Shown: positions 17,340 to 29,394 of the stretch, piece by piece
Numbering within the stretch: position 1 is the first letter of the stretch
How the letters are laid out: each line of letters opens with the position of its first letter
DNA from: Desulfosalsimonadaceae bacterium
GTDB taxonomy: Bacteria > Desulfobacterota > Desulfobacteria > Desulfobacterales > Desulfosalsimonadaceae
Direction of reading: 5' to 3'
Assembly (NCBI GenBank): GCA_046498365.1
Contig: JAWOAV010000002.1
Location: 1 to 61,740, forward strand
DNA: 61,740 nucleotides
The notes under the pieces: generated by a model
What the model saw: the letters and a program-made list of their open reading frames with translations, nothing else
Database searches by the model: none
Told to the model about the DNA's origin: nothing
Made by a program: the position numbers and the translations under genes

Positions 17340-17410
17340 CCTGGGTGGCCAGCATTGCCGATGCCCGAAAAACCGCCGGGACGCTTTTTGGTAAAGTGTC
17401 GCAGACCGGG

Positions 17411-20206
17411 CTATGAATCCGGCTTTTCCGCCAGCATCTTGCGCATGACGTACTGGAGGATGCCGCCGTGCCGGTAATAATCCATCTCGATCCTCGAATC
17501 GAGGCGTATCGTAACCGTAAACGTTTTCGTTGCACCGTCGGGGGCAGCAGCCGTCACATCGAGTTTGCCGTAAGGAGAAAGCTTCCGGGACAACCCTTCC
17601 AGAGAAAACGCCTCCCTGCCGGTCAAGCCCAAAGAGGCCGCGCTTTCCCCCTCCCTGAATTCAAGGGGGAGGACCCCCATGGCTACCAGGTTACTCCGGT
17701 GAATACGCTCGAAGCTTTCGGCGATTACCGCGCGCACCCCCAGCAGCATGGTGCCTTTTGCGGCCCAGTCCCTGGAACTTCCGGATCCGTAGGCCTTACC
17801 GGCAACAATAATCAGTGGAATGCCATTTTCGCGATACTTTTCCGCCGCGTCACAGATCGTCATCACCTCACCGTCCGGCACGTACAGGGTCCATCCTCCT
17901 TTTTTGCCTGCAGCCAGCTGATTGGCAAGCCGCACGTTGGCAAAGGTGCCGCGCACCATAACGTGATGATTCCCCCGTCGGGAACCATATGAATTGAAAT
18001 CCGATTTTTTTACCCCGCATTCAAGGAGAAACTGTCCGGCCGGGCTCTCTTCGGGAATGGTCCCTGCCGGGGATATATGGTCGGTAGTGATGCTATCCCC
18101 AAGGAGCGCAAGCACCCGTGCGCCGTTTATATCCGCGACATCGGGCATTTCACGCGTCATTCCCCGGAAAAAAGGCGGCGCCTGGATATACGTGGAATTA
18201 CCGTCCCACAAAAACTGCCTGCCTGAGGCAGCAGGCAGGCCTTTCCAGTTTTCATCCCCTTCATAAACATTTGCATATCGGTCGAGGAACATAGAGGTAT
18301 CCACGAACGCCATGGCTTCGTTGATTTCTTTTTGTGTCGGCCATATATCTCTCAGATAAACCGGTTCGGCATTCGGGTCATGACGCAAGGGGTCCCTTTC
18401 CATATCAATATTGACTGTACCGGCCAGGGCGAATGCCACCACCAGCATGGGGGAAGCCAGGTAGTTGGCCCGGGTCAGCGAATTGATCCGCCCTTCGAAA
18501 TTCCGGTTTCCGCTCAGCACGGACGCCACCACCAGGCCAGTTTCTTCGACCTTCCGGGCCACGTCCGGGTAAAGCGGCCCGCTGTTTCCAATGCAGGTGG
18601 TACAGCCGTACGCTACCAGGTGAAACCCCAACGCCTGCAAATACGGCATGAGTCCGGCCGCCTCGAGGTAATCCACCACCACTTTGGATCCCGGCGCAAG
18701 GCTGGTTTTCACCCAGGGGCGCACCCCAAGACCGTGCTGAACGGCTTTTTTTGCCAACAGCCCCGCTCCCATCAACACACCGGGGTTCGAGGTGTTGGTG
18801 CAGCTCGTAATGGCCGCAATAACGACCGATCCGTGCTCCAGATAAAAGCTTTCATACGGGCGGTTGACCGGTACTCCCCCTTCGTCAAACGTCTTTCGGT
18901 AAACAAATTTTTCCGCTGCGCCGCCCGCACCGGTCACGGCGCCTCCTTCCTGCTCCCAATTCTCATCGTTTGGTTCCGGGGAGACGCCGCTTTCAAAGAT
19001 ATTTTCAAATTTTTCCGAGAAATCAGCCTTAAGCCCGGAGAGCGGAATCCGTTCATGGGGGCGTATGGGGCCGGCGACCGAAGGCTCGATATCCCCCAGA
19101 TCCAAGTGCATGGTGTCCGTGAAAACAGGAGGGGCCGCACCTTCCGAATAAAACATCCCCTGAATGGAAAGGTATTTTTCAATACGCCGGACATGTGCGG
19201 CCGGTCTCCCGGTAAACGATAGGTAATCAATGGTTTGCCGGTCTACGGGAAAATAGGTGGCCGTGGCGCCGAATTCAGGCGTCATGTTGGCGATGGTTGC
19301 CCGGTCCGGCAACGTGAGCGATGGCAGCCCCTCGCCATAAAATTCAATAAATTTTCCCACCACGCCTTTTTCGCGCATCATTTTCGTGATGGTCAGCACC
19401 AGGTCCGTGGCCGTCGCCGCTTCGGGCATCCGCCCGGTAAGTTCAAAACCGATGACTTCCGGGGTAAGAAAATAGTACGGCTGTCCAAGCATAACCGCTT
19501 CCGCTTCAATGCCGCCCACGCCCCACCCCAGCACGCCGATGCCGTTGATCATTGTTGTATGGGAATCAAGCCCCAGCAGCGTATCGGGAAAGAAATACTT
19601 TTTATCGCCTGCTTCCTTTTGCGCGACCACCTTCGCCAGGTATTCCAGGTTCACCTGATGACAGATGCCGGTCGCCGGGGGGACGACGTTGAAATTATCC
19701 AGGTTCTTCTGCCCCCATTTCAAAAAGGCGTATCGCTCCCGGTTTCGTTCGAGCTCCATCTGCTCATTGACCGCAAAGGCGCCTGCTGTGCCGAACCGGT
19801 CAACCTGGACCGAATGGTCGATTACCAGATCGACGGGAATCAAAGGCGTGATCCGGTCAGGATCGCCTCCCAGTTCCTCCATGGCGTCCCGCATGGCCGC
19901 CAGATCCACCACAGAAGGGACCCCCGTGAAATCCTGCATGAGCACCCGGGCGGGGAGAAAGGGAACATCTGCTTTTTCTTTTGTACCCGGGCGCCAACCG
20001 GCAAGCGACTCGATGTGCCCTGGGGTAACGAGAATCCCGTCTTCGTTGCGAAGTTGGTTTTCCAGCAGAATGCGGATGGTAATCGGAAGCGTCGTGATAT
20101 CGATGCGCAGGCGCTCGGCGAGCGCCGACAGGGAGAAAAAATACGCCCGTCCGTCATCGAATTCCATTTCCGCTTCGGTGCCGAAAGAATCCCGGGAAAT
20201 AATCAT
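17411..20206 (-). CDS. acnA: Aconitate hydratase (AcnA/IRP type)
   Basis: 931 aa. DSHTTMINGIGVLGWGVGGIEAE, TSCTNTSNP, CTTCIGNSG and SGNRNFEGR motifs. Confidence 0.95.
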   Translation of the reverse strand: MIISRDSFGTEAEMEFDDGRAYFFSLSALAERLRIDITTLPITIRILLENQLRNEDGILVTPGHIESLAGWRPGTKEKADVPFLPARVLMQDFTGVPSVVDLAAMRDAMEELGGDPDRITPLIPVDLVIDHSVQVDRFGTAGAFAVNEQMELERNRERYAFLKWGQKNLDNFNVVPPATGICHQVNLEYLAKVVAQKEAGDKKYFFPDTLLGLDSHTTMINGIGVLGWGVGGIEAEAVMLGQPYYFLTPEVIGFELTGRMPEAATATDLVLTITKMMREKGVVGKFIEFYGEGLPSLTLPDRATIANMTPEFGATATYFPVDRQTIDYLSFTGRPAAHVRRIEKYLSIQGMFYSEGAAPPVFTDTMHLDLGDIEPSVAGPIRPHERIPLSGLKADFSEKFENIFESGVSPEPNDENWEQEGGAVTGAGGAAEKFVYRKTFDEGGVPVNRPYESFYLEHGSVVIAAITSCTNTSNPGVLMGAGLLAKKAVQHGLGVRPWVKTSLAPGSKVVVDYLEAAGLMPYLQALGFHLVAYGCTTCIGNSGPLYPDVARKVEETGLVVASVLSGNRNFEGRINSLTRANYLASPMLVVAFALAGTVNIDMERDPLRHDPNAEPVYLRDIWPTQKEINEAMAFVDTSMFLDRYANVYEGDENWKGLPAASGRQFLWDGNSTYIQAPPFFRGMTREMPDVADINGARVLALLGDSITTDHISPAGTIPEESPAGQFLLECGVKKSDFNSYGSRRGNHHVMVRGTFANVRLANQLAAGKKGGWTLYVPDGEVMTICDAAEKYRENGIPLIIVAGKAYGSGSSRDWAAKGTMLLGVRAVIAESFERIHRSNLVAMGVLPLEFREGESAASLGLTGREAFSLEGLSRKLSPYGKLDVTAAAPDGATKTFTVTIRLDSRIEMDYYRHGGILQYVMRKMLAEKPDS

Positions 20207-20236
20207 GAAGGCTGTCCCTTTCCGCCGTCAGGGTAT

Positions 20237-21418
20237 CTATCGTTGGTTCATGGGCACAAAGCTGCATTCCTCGGGGCCGCAGTATTCCCCCACGTAATCT
20301 GCGGACGGGCGGTACAAAGCGGCTTTCGGAGCGGCCTCGGCAAACTGTTCCTCTATGACATGGGCGATCCAGCCGGCAATCCGCGACAGGGCAAAAACCG
20401 GCGTAAACAGGTCCACCGGAATTTTCATCTGATAATACAATGCGCCGCTGTAAAAATCGACATTGGCGTGAATATCGGTTTTCCCCTTTTCCGCAAATGC
20501 TTCCAGCGCCTTTTTTTCAAGCGTGCTTGCGATTTCATACCACTTCAGGTCCCCGATCCGCTCCCCCATTTTTTTTACCATTGGCTGGAGTATCCGGGCC
20601 CTCGGGTCCTTGGTTTTATACACCGAATGCCCCATTCCCATGATTTTATCGTCGGCTTCAAATTTCTTACGGATAAAGCCGTCCACTGCGTCAACACTGC
20701 CGATTTCCAGCAGCATCGCCATGACCCTTTCATTGGCGCCACCGTGGAGCGCGCCGGACAGGGAACCGACCGCGCCGGAAATGGATGCAAACATATGGGC
20801 CTGCGTGGAGGCAATCTGCCGGGCAGCAAATGTGGAGGGATTAAAGGAATGTTCGGCGTGAAGAACCAGGCAGGTGTCAAAAACGCTTTGGATCTCCGGG
20901 TCAGGCACTTCCCCCGTGAGCATATACAGGAAGTTGGCCGCATGGCCCAACTCCGGGTTCGGCTCGACCGGTTCCTTCCCGTTTCGGATCCGGTCAAAGG
21001 CGGCCACAAGGGTAGGCATTTGCGCAATCAGCAGGATGCCGATATCCAATTCATTGGACCGGGTCTGCCGGTCCGGATGCGAATGATGATTGGACAAAAA
21101 CGAAACGCCGCCTTGCAGCACATCCATGGGCAGGGACGCTGCCGGTCGGGTTTTCAATGCGAATATCATCTGCGAGGCCATTTTTCGCCGCGCCTTCAAT
21201 TCCCGCTGAAAATCGTCGAGTTCGCGTTTGCCGGGGAGCTTCTCATAAAGCATGAGATAGCAGACTTCTTCAAAAGTGGCGTTCCGCGCCAGGTCTTCCA
21301 CCCGGTATCCCCTGTAGATCAGTTTCCCTGCATCTCCCGCCACGTGGCTTATCCGGGTCGAGGCCACTTTGACGCCCCGCAATCCCGTGTTTATTATTTC
21401 ACTGCCGTTTCCTGTCAT
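20237..21418 (-). CDS. gltA: Citrate synthase (short type)
   Basis: Lies in ORF 20237..21478; ATG at 21418 chosen. GLRGV...IYRGY, LHAEHSFN, GALHGGANE, MGMGHSVYK.DPR. Confidence 0.9.
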   Translation of the reverse strand: MTGNGSEIINTGLRGVKVASTRISHVAGDAGKLIYRGYRVEDLARNATFEEVCYLMLYEKLPGKRELDDFQRELKARRKMASQMIFALKTRPAASLPMDVLQGGVSFLSNHHSHPDRQTRSNELDIGILLIAQMPTLVAAFDRIRNGKEPVEPNPELGHAANFLYMLTGEVPDPEIQSVFDTCLVLHAEHSFNPSTFAARQIASTQAHMFASISGAVGSLSGALHGGANERVMAMLLEIGSVDAVDGFIRKKFEADDKIMGMGHSVYKTKDPRARILQPMVKKMGERIGDLKWYEIASTLEKKALEAFAEKGKTDIHANVDFYSGALYYQMKIPVDLFTPVFALSRIAGWIAHVIEEQFAEAAPKAALYRPSADYVGEYCGPEECSFVPMNQR

Positions 21419-21551
21419 TGTTTCTTGTTCCTTATTTTGTATCAAATTTACCGTTTCATAACGGGCATAGCCCATCATAGACTGCCATCCGTTACCCCGC
21501 GGCTTCGGGCAACCGATACCGGACGCCGGTGCTCCGACTTCCCTGCTCCGG

Positions 21552-22931
21552 CTATTCGCCGTAAAGCGCTTTTTTCAGCTCGGCCGTCGGGATCACCTTT
21601 TCCGCGATGGCCGCCTCTTCGATGCTGAGCCCCTGCTCATGGGCTTTTTTTGCGATTTCCGCGGCACGGTCATAACCGATATGCGGCACCAGGCCGGTGA
21701 CGGTTGCAAGGCTTTTCCGTACATTTTCTTCGCACTTGGCTTCGTCGGCAACAATGCCGACAACACATTTTTCAGCAAGCAGGGATGCGCTGCCCGATAA
21801 AAGTTCAATGGAGGCAAACAGGTTATGGGCAATCATCGGCTGCATCAGGTTGATCTCAAAAAATCCGCCGGTGCCACCGTGGGTAACTGCTGCGTCGTTT
21901 CCCATCACCTGGGCCGCACATTGGATCGCCGCTTCGCAGATCACCGGATTCACCTTTCCGGGCATGATCGACGAACCCGGCGCAATGGCCGGCAGATGTA
22001 TTTCCCCGATGCCGCACCGGGGACCCGATGCAAGCCATCGGATATCATTTGCGATCCTGGCAATGCCGACCGCAATGACCTTGAGCACGCCCATGGCCTC
22101 CACCGCCGTATCCATGCAGGATTGGGCCTCAAAGTGATTTTCCGCCTCATAAAAATCAAAGCCGCTTTCTTCGGCAATCCGGGCAATCACGCGGGGGGCA
22201 AATTCCTTGTGGGCATTGATCCCGGTGCCCACGGCGGTTCCGCCCAGAGGAAGCGCAAGCAGCCGTTTGCGGACCGATTCGAGTCTCTCTACAGCCAACT
22301 GCGCCTGTCTTGCATATCCGGAAAACTCATCGCCAAGGCTCATAACAACCGCATCCTGCAGATGCGTCCGGCCAACTTTCTTGATATGGGAAAAGGCGCG
22401 GGCTTTCTTTTCCAAAGATTCATGAAGTTTCAGGATTGCCGGCAAAAGGCTCCGGGTAATCCGCGTCAACGCCGTCATCCGTGTCGCAGACGGAAACACG
22501 TCATTGCTCGATTGGCAGCAATTGACATGATCATTGGGATGAACGGGCGAGCGGGTCCGCCTTTTTCCGGTGAGAAGTTCATTGGCCCGGGTGGCGATCA
22601 CCTCGTTGACGTTCATATTCGTGTTGGTGCCGGAGCCGCTCTGGAAGACATCCAGTACGAAAGAATCGTCAAAGCAGCCGTCCATAACCATACAGGCAGC
22701 ATTATAAATCGCCTCCGCCTTTTTGGCGTCAATCAGGCCGAGGGCATTGTTTACGGTTGCGGCATGTTTCTTTATCAAGGCGATATTGGCGATAAAAAAG
22801 GACGGGAACCGGATTCCGGAAATGGTGAAATGATCAAGGGCGCGCTGTGTCTGGGCCCCGTAATAGGCATCCGCCGGCACCTTGACCGGACCGAGACTGT
22901 CGAATTCTTCCCGGTAAATCATTTTTTTCAT
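21552..22931 (-). CDS. fumC: Class II fumarate hydratase (fumarase/aspartase family)
   Basis: DSLGPVKVPADAYYGAQTQRAL and the GSSIMPGKVNP signature. Sits next to the TCA genes. Aspartase cannot be fully excluded by eye. Confidence 0.8.
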   Translation of the reverse strand: MKKMIYREEFDSLGPVKVPADAYYGAQTQRALDHFTISGIRFPSFFIANIALIKKHAATVNNALGLIDAKKAEAIYNAACMVMDGCFDDSFVLDVFQSGSGTNTNMNVNEVIATRANELLTGKRRTRSPVHPNDHVNCCQSSNDVFPSATRMTALTRITRSLLPAILKLHESLEKKARAFSHIKKVGRTHLQDAVVMSLGDEFSGYARQAQLAVERLESVRKRLLALPLGGTAVGTGINAHKEFAPRVIARIAEESGFDFYEAENHFEAQSCMDTAVEAMGVLKVIAVGIARIANDIRWLASGPRCGIGEIHLPAIAPGSSIMPGKVNPVICEAAIQCAAQVMGNDAAVTHGGTGGFFEINLMQPMIAHNLFASIELLSGSASLLAEKCVVGIVADEAKCEENVRKSLATVTGLVPHIGYDRAAEIAKKAHEQGLSIEEAAIAEKVIPTAELKKALYGE

Positions 22932-23049
22932 GGAGATTTTTCCTGCCGAATGCTTTTATATGGTTGTATTCGGAAACGCAGGGTTTTTATAAAAAAATAC
23001 GGCACATAATAAACTAAGAACAAATGCCGCTGTCTGCAAAAAAAACCCT

Positions 23050-23286
23050 TTATCTTGCCTTGATCTCTCCTCGCAACAACTGCTTCAATCCTTCCAGGGT
23101 TCCCTTCCAGAGAGCGCCATCTCCCGCCATGATCGCAACGATGACCTCTTTTTCTACGCTGAGTTCAATAACGATCTCTTCCTCCCCGATCTTGAACACA
23201 GCCTCCCCCCAGCGGGCGGCCGGCACACCGCTGATCTCGCAGTCGAAATCGGTACGCATTTCCCCGGTCATCCGGATTTCGCTCAT
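23050..23286 (-). CDS. Small hypothetical protein (78 aa)
   Basis: ATG at 23286 with a strong AGGGAGG Shine-Dalgarno, 28 nt downstream of the larE stop. No motif recognised. Confidence 0.5.
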   Translation of the reverse strand: MSEIRMTGEMRTDFDCEISGVPAARWGEAVFKIGEEEIVIELSVEKEVIVAIMAGDGALWKGTLEGLKQLLRGEIKAR

Positions 23287-23314
23287 TTTTTGACCTCCCT
23301 GATCTTCTCGTTTC

Positions 23315-24193
23315 CTAATCGGGCTTCCGATTCGATGCTTTGTCAAAGATCGCATTAACAGGGGCCGGTTCTTCCGGGATGCGCATCGCACGGTTCAACG
23401 ACCCCTGGGAATAGCCTTCCAGATCCATGGTGATGATTGTGTATCCGATCCTTTTGAATTCACTGATAACGGTAAGCCTGCGCTCCGGCACCAGGAGACG
23501 GGTGAAATCGGAAGGGCGCAGTTCGATTTTTGCCGCTTCACCATAATGCCTCACCCGGAAACCTTTGAAACCAAGGGCGTGAAGGACATTCTCCGCCGCC
23601 TCTATTTTTTCCAGGGCGCCAGACGAAATGGGGGTGCCGTAGGGAATGCGCGAAGCCAGGCATGCAGCCGCCGGCTTGTTCCAGGTCGGGAGCCCCATTT
23701 GCCGGGAAAGCTCCCGGATATCGGTTTTCGTCATCCGGGCGTCGATAAGGGGAGACAATATATCCAGTTCTTCGGCTGCCTTCATGCCCGGCCGAAAATC
23801 ATTGAGATCATCGACATTTGCGGCATGGGCTACCGCCGTAATGCCGATACTGCTTGTCATTTTCAGGATATCGGAAAAGATAATCTTTTTGCAGACATAA
23901 CAGCGATTCTGGTCATTGAGGACAAATTCGTCATGGGCCATTTCCCGTGTATCGACCCGGTAATGCGCAACGCCCAGGCCTCTTGCGACCTTGAAGGCTT
24001 CCTGCACTTCGGATGTGGGTTGAAGCGGGGACACTGCTGTTACGGCAACAGCGTCGCTATTCAGCACGCGGGCAGCGACAGCCAGCAGCAAGGTGGAATC
24101 GACCCCCCCTGAATAAGCGACTGCAAGGCGTTTGTATCCTTCTATCCGGTCATAAAGAATTTTCTTTTTTTCTTCCAGGGAGAGACGGTTCAT
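23315..24193 (-). CDS. larE: PP-loop ATP-utilising enzyme, LarE-like sulfur transferase family
   Basis: PP-loop [13 protein letters not shown] and the [12 protein letters not shown] motif (CLASR cysteine). ATG at 24193 chosen within ORF 23315..24235. Confidence 0.75.
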   Translation of the reverse strand: MNRLSLEEKKKILYDRIEGYKRLAVAYSGGVDSTLLLAVAARVLNSDAVAVTAVSPLQPTSEVQEAFKVARGLGVAHYRVDTREMAHDEFVLNDQNRCYVCKKIIFSDILKMTSSIGITAVAHAANVDDLNDFRPGMKAAEELDILSPLIDARMTKTDIRELSRQMGLPTWNKPAAACLASRIPYGTPISSGALEKIEAAENVLHALGFKGFRVRHYGEAAKIELRPSDFTRLLVPERRLTVISEFKRIGYTIITMDLEGYSQGSLNRAMRIPEEPAPVNAIFDKASNRKPD

Positions 24194-24392
24194 GATGGTT
24201 ACGGCATCTTTTGCTATAGAATATGGTCGATACAAGGCGGACGGTCAAAGCCGTTGCAATCCGCAGGTTCGGGAAAAAACAGTTTACAAAAAAGCACGCT
24301 TCGGATATAAATTTTGTTTCGTATATTTAACCCATTATAGACAAATTATTCATAAATGCCAATTGTTTTACCAAAACAGCAAAGGGGTTGTT

Positions 24393-26315
<1,923 letters not shown>

Positions 26316-26459
26316 AATCCATCCCGACATTCGGATTTCGGTTCAAGATCGCGGCGGACTCTTGGTTCAAACCGCAGAAATATGCGCAAATTATGAGGAT
26401 TTGAAATAAGACGCCAACAAACCTATTTGACCGAAAAACAATTTTGAGACTACGTTGTT

Positions 26460-26500
26460 ACAAGCCATCTCAAAAAAATCTTTTTTTTGAGATGGCTTGT
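26460..26500. terminator. 19-bp stem hairpin with internal A/T runs (repeat family D, copy 1); bidirectional terminator-like
   Basis: ACAAGCCATCTCAAAAAAA-TCT-TTTTTTTGAGATGGCTTGT. Confidence 0.65.
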
Positions 26501-26516
26501 AGTTTGTATTGAACCG

Positions 26517-26549
26517 GGCCGGCATGTTCCATCGCCGGCCTTTCTTTTT
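26517..26549 (+). terminator. Weak intrinsic terminator
   Basis: GGCCGGC (26517-26523) pairs with GCCGGCC (26534-26540), followed by TTTCTTTTT. Confidence 0.45.
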
Positions 26550-26684
26550 GGACAAATCGGTTTTCCCCGGCTCTGGGCATGGTTTTCTTGACGAACGCCG
26601 GTTTCGGGGTTATTCTATTTATACCAATTGCCTTTTAACTGCCGTAATTGCCGAAATCGGCTGCGACAAACATACTGTTACTCA

Positions 26685-26834
26685 TTTTTGCATTCTTGTA
26701 TAGACAAGATAAAAATTCCTACAGTATGCGGGCCTGTAGGGGCATCCCTTGCGGGTGCCCGGAATAGGGGGACCCGCAAGGAATGCCACTACGGGATTCT
26801 CCTGTCTATTGATATATGCAAAGAATTGTATGCT
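26685..26834. repeat. Intergenic repeat family C, copy 2
   Basis: TTTTTGCATTCTTGTATAGACA...CTGTAGGGGCATCCCTTGCGGGTGCCCGGAAT...GACCCGCAAGGAATGCC...ATTGATATATGCAAAGAATTGTA is collinear with 8289-8442. Confidence 0.8.
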
Positions 26835-26893
26835 TGCAGTGAAAGATTGTTCCCATGCTTGATGCCATCAAAAAAAAATTTTCGGTAACCTGC

Positions 26894-28216
26894 ATGCTGA
26901 AAAAAAGATATACCCTCTTTATTCTATTTGCCTGCCTCGCTCTCTCGCCGGCAACGATCATGGCGATTACGCTCAACGAATGCATCGAAACCGCCCTTGA
27001 AATGAATCCCGACCTGGATGCCGCCGCGTATCGCGTAAAGGCATCCCGTGCAGCGCATTTACAGGCGCGGTCCCCATGGTATCCCGCCCTCAGCGCTTCC
27101 GGCAGTTACATGAGAACCAACAACCCTTCCCAGGCGTTCATGATGGAATTGAACCAGAAAAAACTGGACATGACCGACCCGGGATTCGATCCGGCCGATC
27201 CGGATGATATCGACAACACGAGGATCCGTCTGGGCATGAGATACCTGCTTTATGACGGCGGAAGATCCCGCTTGAATGAACAAATGGCCGAACAGGGCAT
27301 TGATATATCCCGCTACGAACATGCGGCAGTCAAAAACGAACTGATCTACGAGGTCACGCGCGGTTACTACGAGGCCCTGAAAGCCGGGGAATTCATCGCT
27401 GTATTCCGGAAAACAGCCGACAGCATTGAAAAAAGTCTGCAATTGGCGAAACAGCGATTTCAGGAAGGGACGGCCGTCAAAACCGACGTGCTGAACCTGG
27501 AGGTACAGCTTCTACAGGCGCAGGAAGATCTCATCGTCGCTGAAAACGGTTTTTCCCTTGCCATTGCGGCACTGAACACATCCATCGGTGCGGACATTGT
27601 CTACCCCGACAAACTGCTCCCCCCCGAGAGGAAAATCACGGCACCTGCCGTTGCCGCGGCGGAACAAAATACCGTTGCAAAACGGCCGGAGATGCAGGCG
27701 GCGGCCTTGATCGTAAAGTCAAAAAAACTGGATCTCACGCACGCAAAGCGAGCGTATCTCCCCAGCGTTGAAGCGATGGGCGCCCTGGATCTGGACAGCC
27801 CCGTTTCCGACAACTTTGAAGACAGTTACGTCGCCGGCGTAACTGCCAAATGGGATATTTTCAGCGGGTATGCCCGTTCCGCCAAGGTATCCGAATCCCG
27901 CGCCCTGCGGAATGAGTCGCTGGCCTTTTTGAAAAAAACCCGTAAACAGCTGGAGCTGGACCTCAAGCAAGCCGAACTGCAACTGTCCAATGCATTTCAA
28001 CGTCTCGACGTAACCCGAAAAGCCATTGAAAATGCCGAGGAGTCGCTTCGCATCACCCGGGAGCGCTACGAAAACGGCGCTGTGGAAATTACCGCCCTTT
28101 TAAATGCCCAGTCCGCAATGACCGCTTCATCGGTACGAAATAAAGCCGCCTACTACGACTACCTTGAAGCGCTGGCAAATATAAAACGTGCTACCGGAGA
28201 AAAATGGCCATGGTAA
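26894..28216 (+). CDS. TolC-family outer-membrane efflux protein
   Basis: ATG at 26894 gives signal peptide MLKKRYTLFILFACLALSPATIMA; ORF 26855..28216 is an alternative start. LNECIETALEMNPDL...A is a typical OEP repeat start. Two-repeat architecture. Confidence 0.85.
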   Translation: MLKKRYTLFILFACLALSPATIMAITLNECIETALEMNPDLDAAAYRVKASRAAHLQARSPWYPALSASGSYMRTNNPSQAFMMELNQKKLDMTDPGFDPADPDDIDNTRIRLGMRYLLYDGGRSRLNEQMAEQGIDISRYEHAAVKNELIYEVTRGYYEALKAGEFIAVFRKTADSIEKSLQLAKQRFQEGTAVKTDVLNLEVQLLQAQEDLIVAENGFSLAIAALNTSIGADIVYPDKLLPPERKITAPAVAAAEQNTVAKRPEMQAAALIVKSKKLDLTHAKRAYLPSVEAMGALDLDSPVSDNFEDSYVAGVTAKWDIFSGYARSAKVSESRALRNESLAFLKKTRKQLELDLKQAELQLSNAFQRLDVTRKAIENAEESLRITRERYENGAVEITALLNAQSAMTASSVRNKAAYYDYLEALANIKRATGEKWPW

Positions 28217-28279
28217 TCACCGGCGGGTTCACACGCAGCGGCTTGGGACAACACCGGGGCGCCATGTAAGGAAAACCCA

Positions 28280-29389
28280 ATGAGCAAAACGAAGAGAACA
28301 GGAAAATGGACCTCCGGCCTTAAAAGGGCTATACAGATCATCGTCGCTCTGCTGGGGCTGGCCGTCATCGTTATGTGGACCACCGGGGTTTTCAAGGAAC
28401 GCGTCCCCCCCGGCACCTACCCCCATGAACCGGGCTTTGCCCTGCCTGAAAACGCGGAAATCTTTACCGTTGAAAAAAAAGCGGTGTCGCTTCCGATCGA
28501 TGTTACCGGAACGGTTTTTTCCGAAGAAATGATCCATATTGCCGCCCGGATAAACGCCTATGTCCGAAAAGTCCATGCCGGCGCCGGGTCGAAGGTCTCA
28601 GAGGGGGAGCTTCTGATATCGCTTGACGATCGGAAGATTCGTCAGCAATTGGCGTCTGCCGAAGCCGAGCTGGACCAGACCCAAACCGAATATCAACGTA
28701 CAAAGCGGTTATTTGATACCGGGGCGTCAACCCACAGGGAGTATACGGCAGCCCAAACCGCCTTCCTGCGTTCCCGTGCACGCATGGAAGAATTGACGGT
28801 CATGCTCGGTTTTACCGAAATGCGTGCACCCATTGACGGCGTGGTGACCGACCGGGACATTGAGGCGGGAGACCTGGCTGCACCCGGGCAGGTACTCATG
28901 ACCATGTACAACCCGAAAGCCATGCGCCTCGAAGTTCCGGTGCCGGTGAGACTTTCCGACCGACTAAACGTCGGGGATCGGGTTCCTGTAAAAATCCAAT
29001 ACCCCGCACGCCTGTACGACGGGGAGGTATCCGCTATCGTCAGCCAGATTGATCCTGCCTCACGAACCCGGACCGTCAAGGTACAGCTCCCCACGCAGGA
29101 CAGTGATATCCTGCCCGGGACATTCGGCCGCATATGGATTAAAGCCGCCCCGGAAGAAGGAATTTTTGTTCCGAAATCGGCCGTTTACAGCATCGGGCAG
29201 CTCACAATGGTACAATACGCGGCCGATGGGCGTGTAACCAGGCGGCTGGTCAAGACCGGCGCGGATCAAGGGGAAACCGTCGAGATCCTTTCCGGCCTGT
29301 CCCACGGCGAGTCCATACTGGTTGACCCTGTACCTCTCACGCCAGCCGACCACAATCTTTCACTGCCCTGCCCAAATACGGAGGACTGA
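28280..29389 (+). CDS. Efflux RND periplasmic adaptor (membrane fusion protein, HlyD family)
   Basis: N-terminal anchor, then lipoyl, coiled-coil and beta-barrel pattern (EGELLISLDDR...AEAELDQTQTEYQRTKRLF...APIDGVVT). Confidence 0.85.
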   Translation: MSKTKRTGKWTSGLKRAIQIIVALLGLAVIVMWTTGVFKERVPPGTYPHEPGFALPENAEIFTVEKKAVSLPIDVTGTVFSEEMIHIAARINAYVRKVHAGAGSKVSEGELLISLDDRKIRQQLASAEAELDQTQTEYQRTKRLFDTGASTHREYTAAQTAFLRSRARMEELTVMLGFTEMRAPIDGVVTDRDIEAGDLAAPGQVLMTMYNPKAMRLEVPVPVRLSDRLNVGDRVPVKIQYPARLYDGEVSAIVSQIDPASRTRTVKVQLPTQDSDILPGTFGRIWIKAAPEEGIFVPKSAVYSIGQLTMVQYAADGRVTRRLVKTGADQGETVEILSGLSHGESILVDPVPLTPADHNLSLPCPNTED

Positions 29390-29394
29390 TACCA

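Noticed and set aside
19235-21628. 797-aa ORF on the plus strand.
   Set aside because: It lies entirely antisense to aconitase and citrate synthase, which have unmistakable motifs. Its translation is Arg/Gly/Pro/His-rich with no motif, as expected for a shadow ORF in GC-rich coding DNA.
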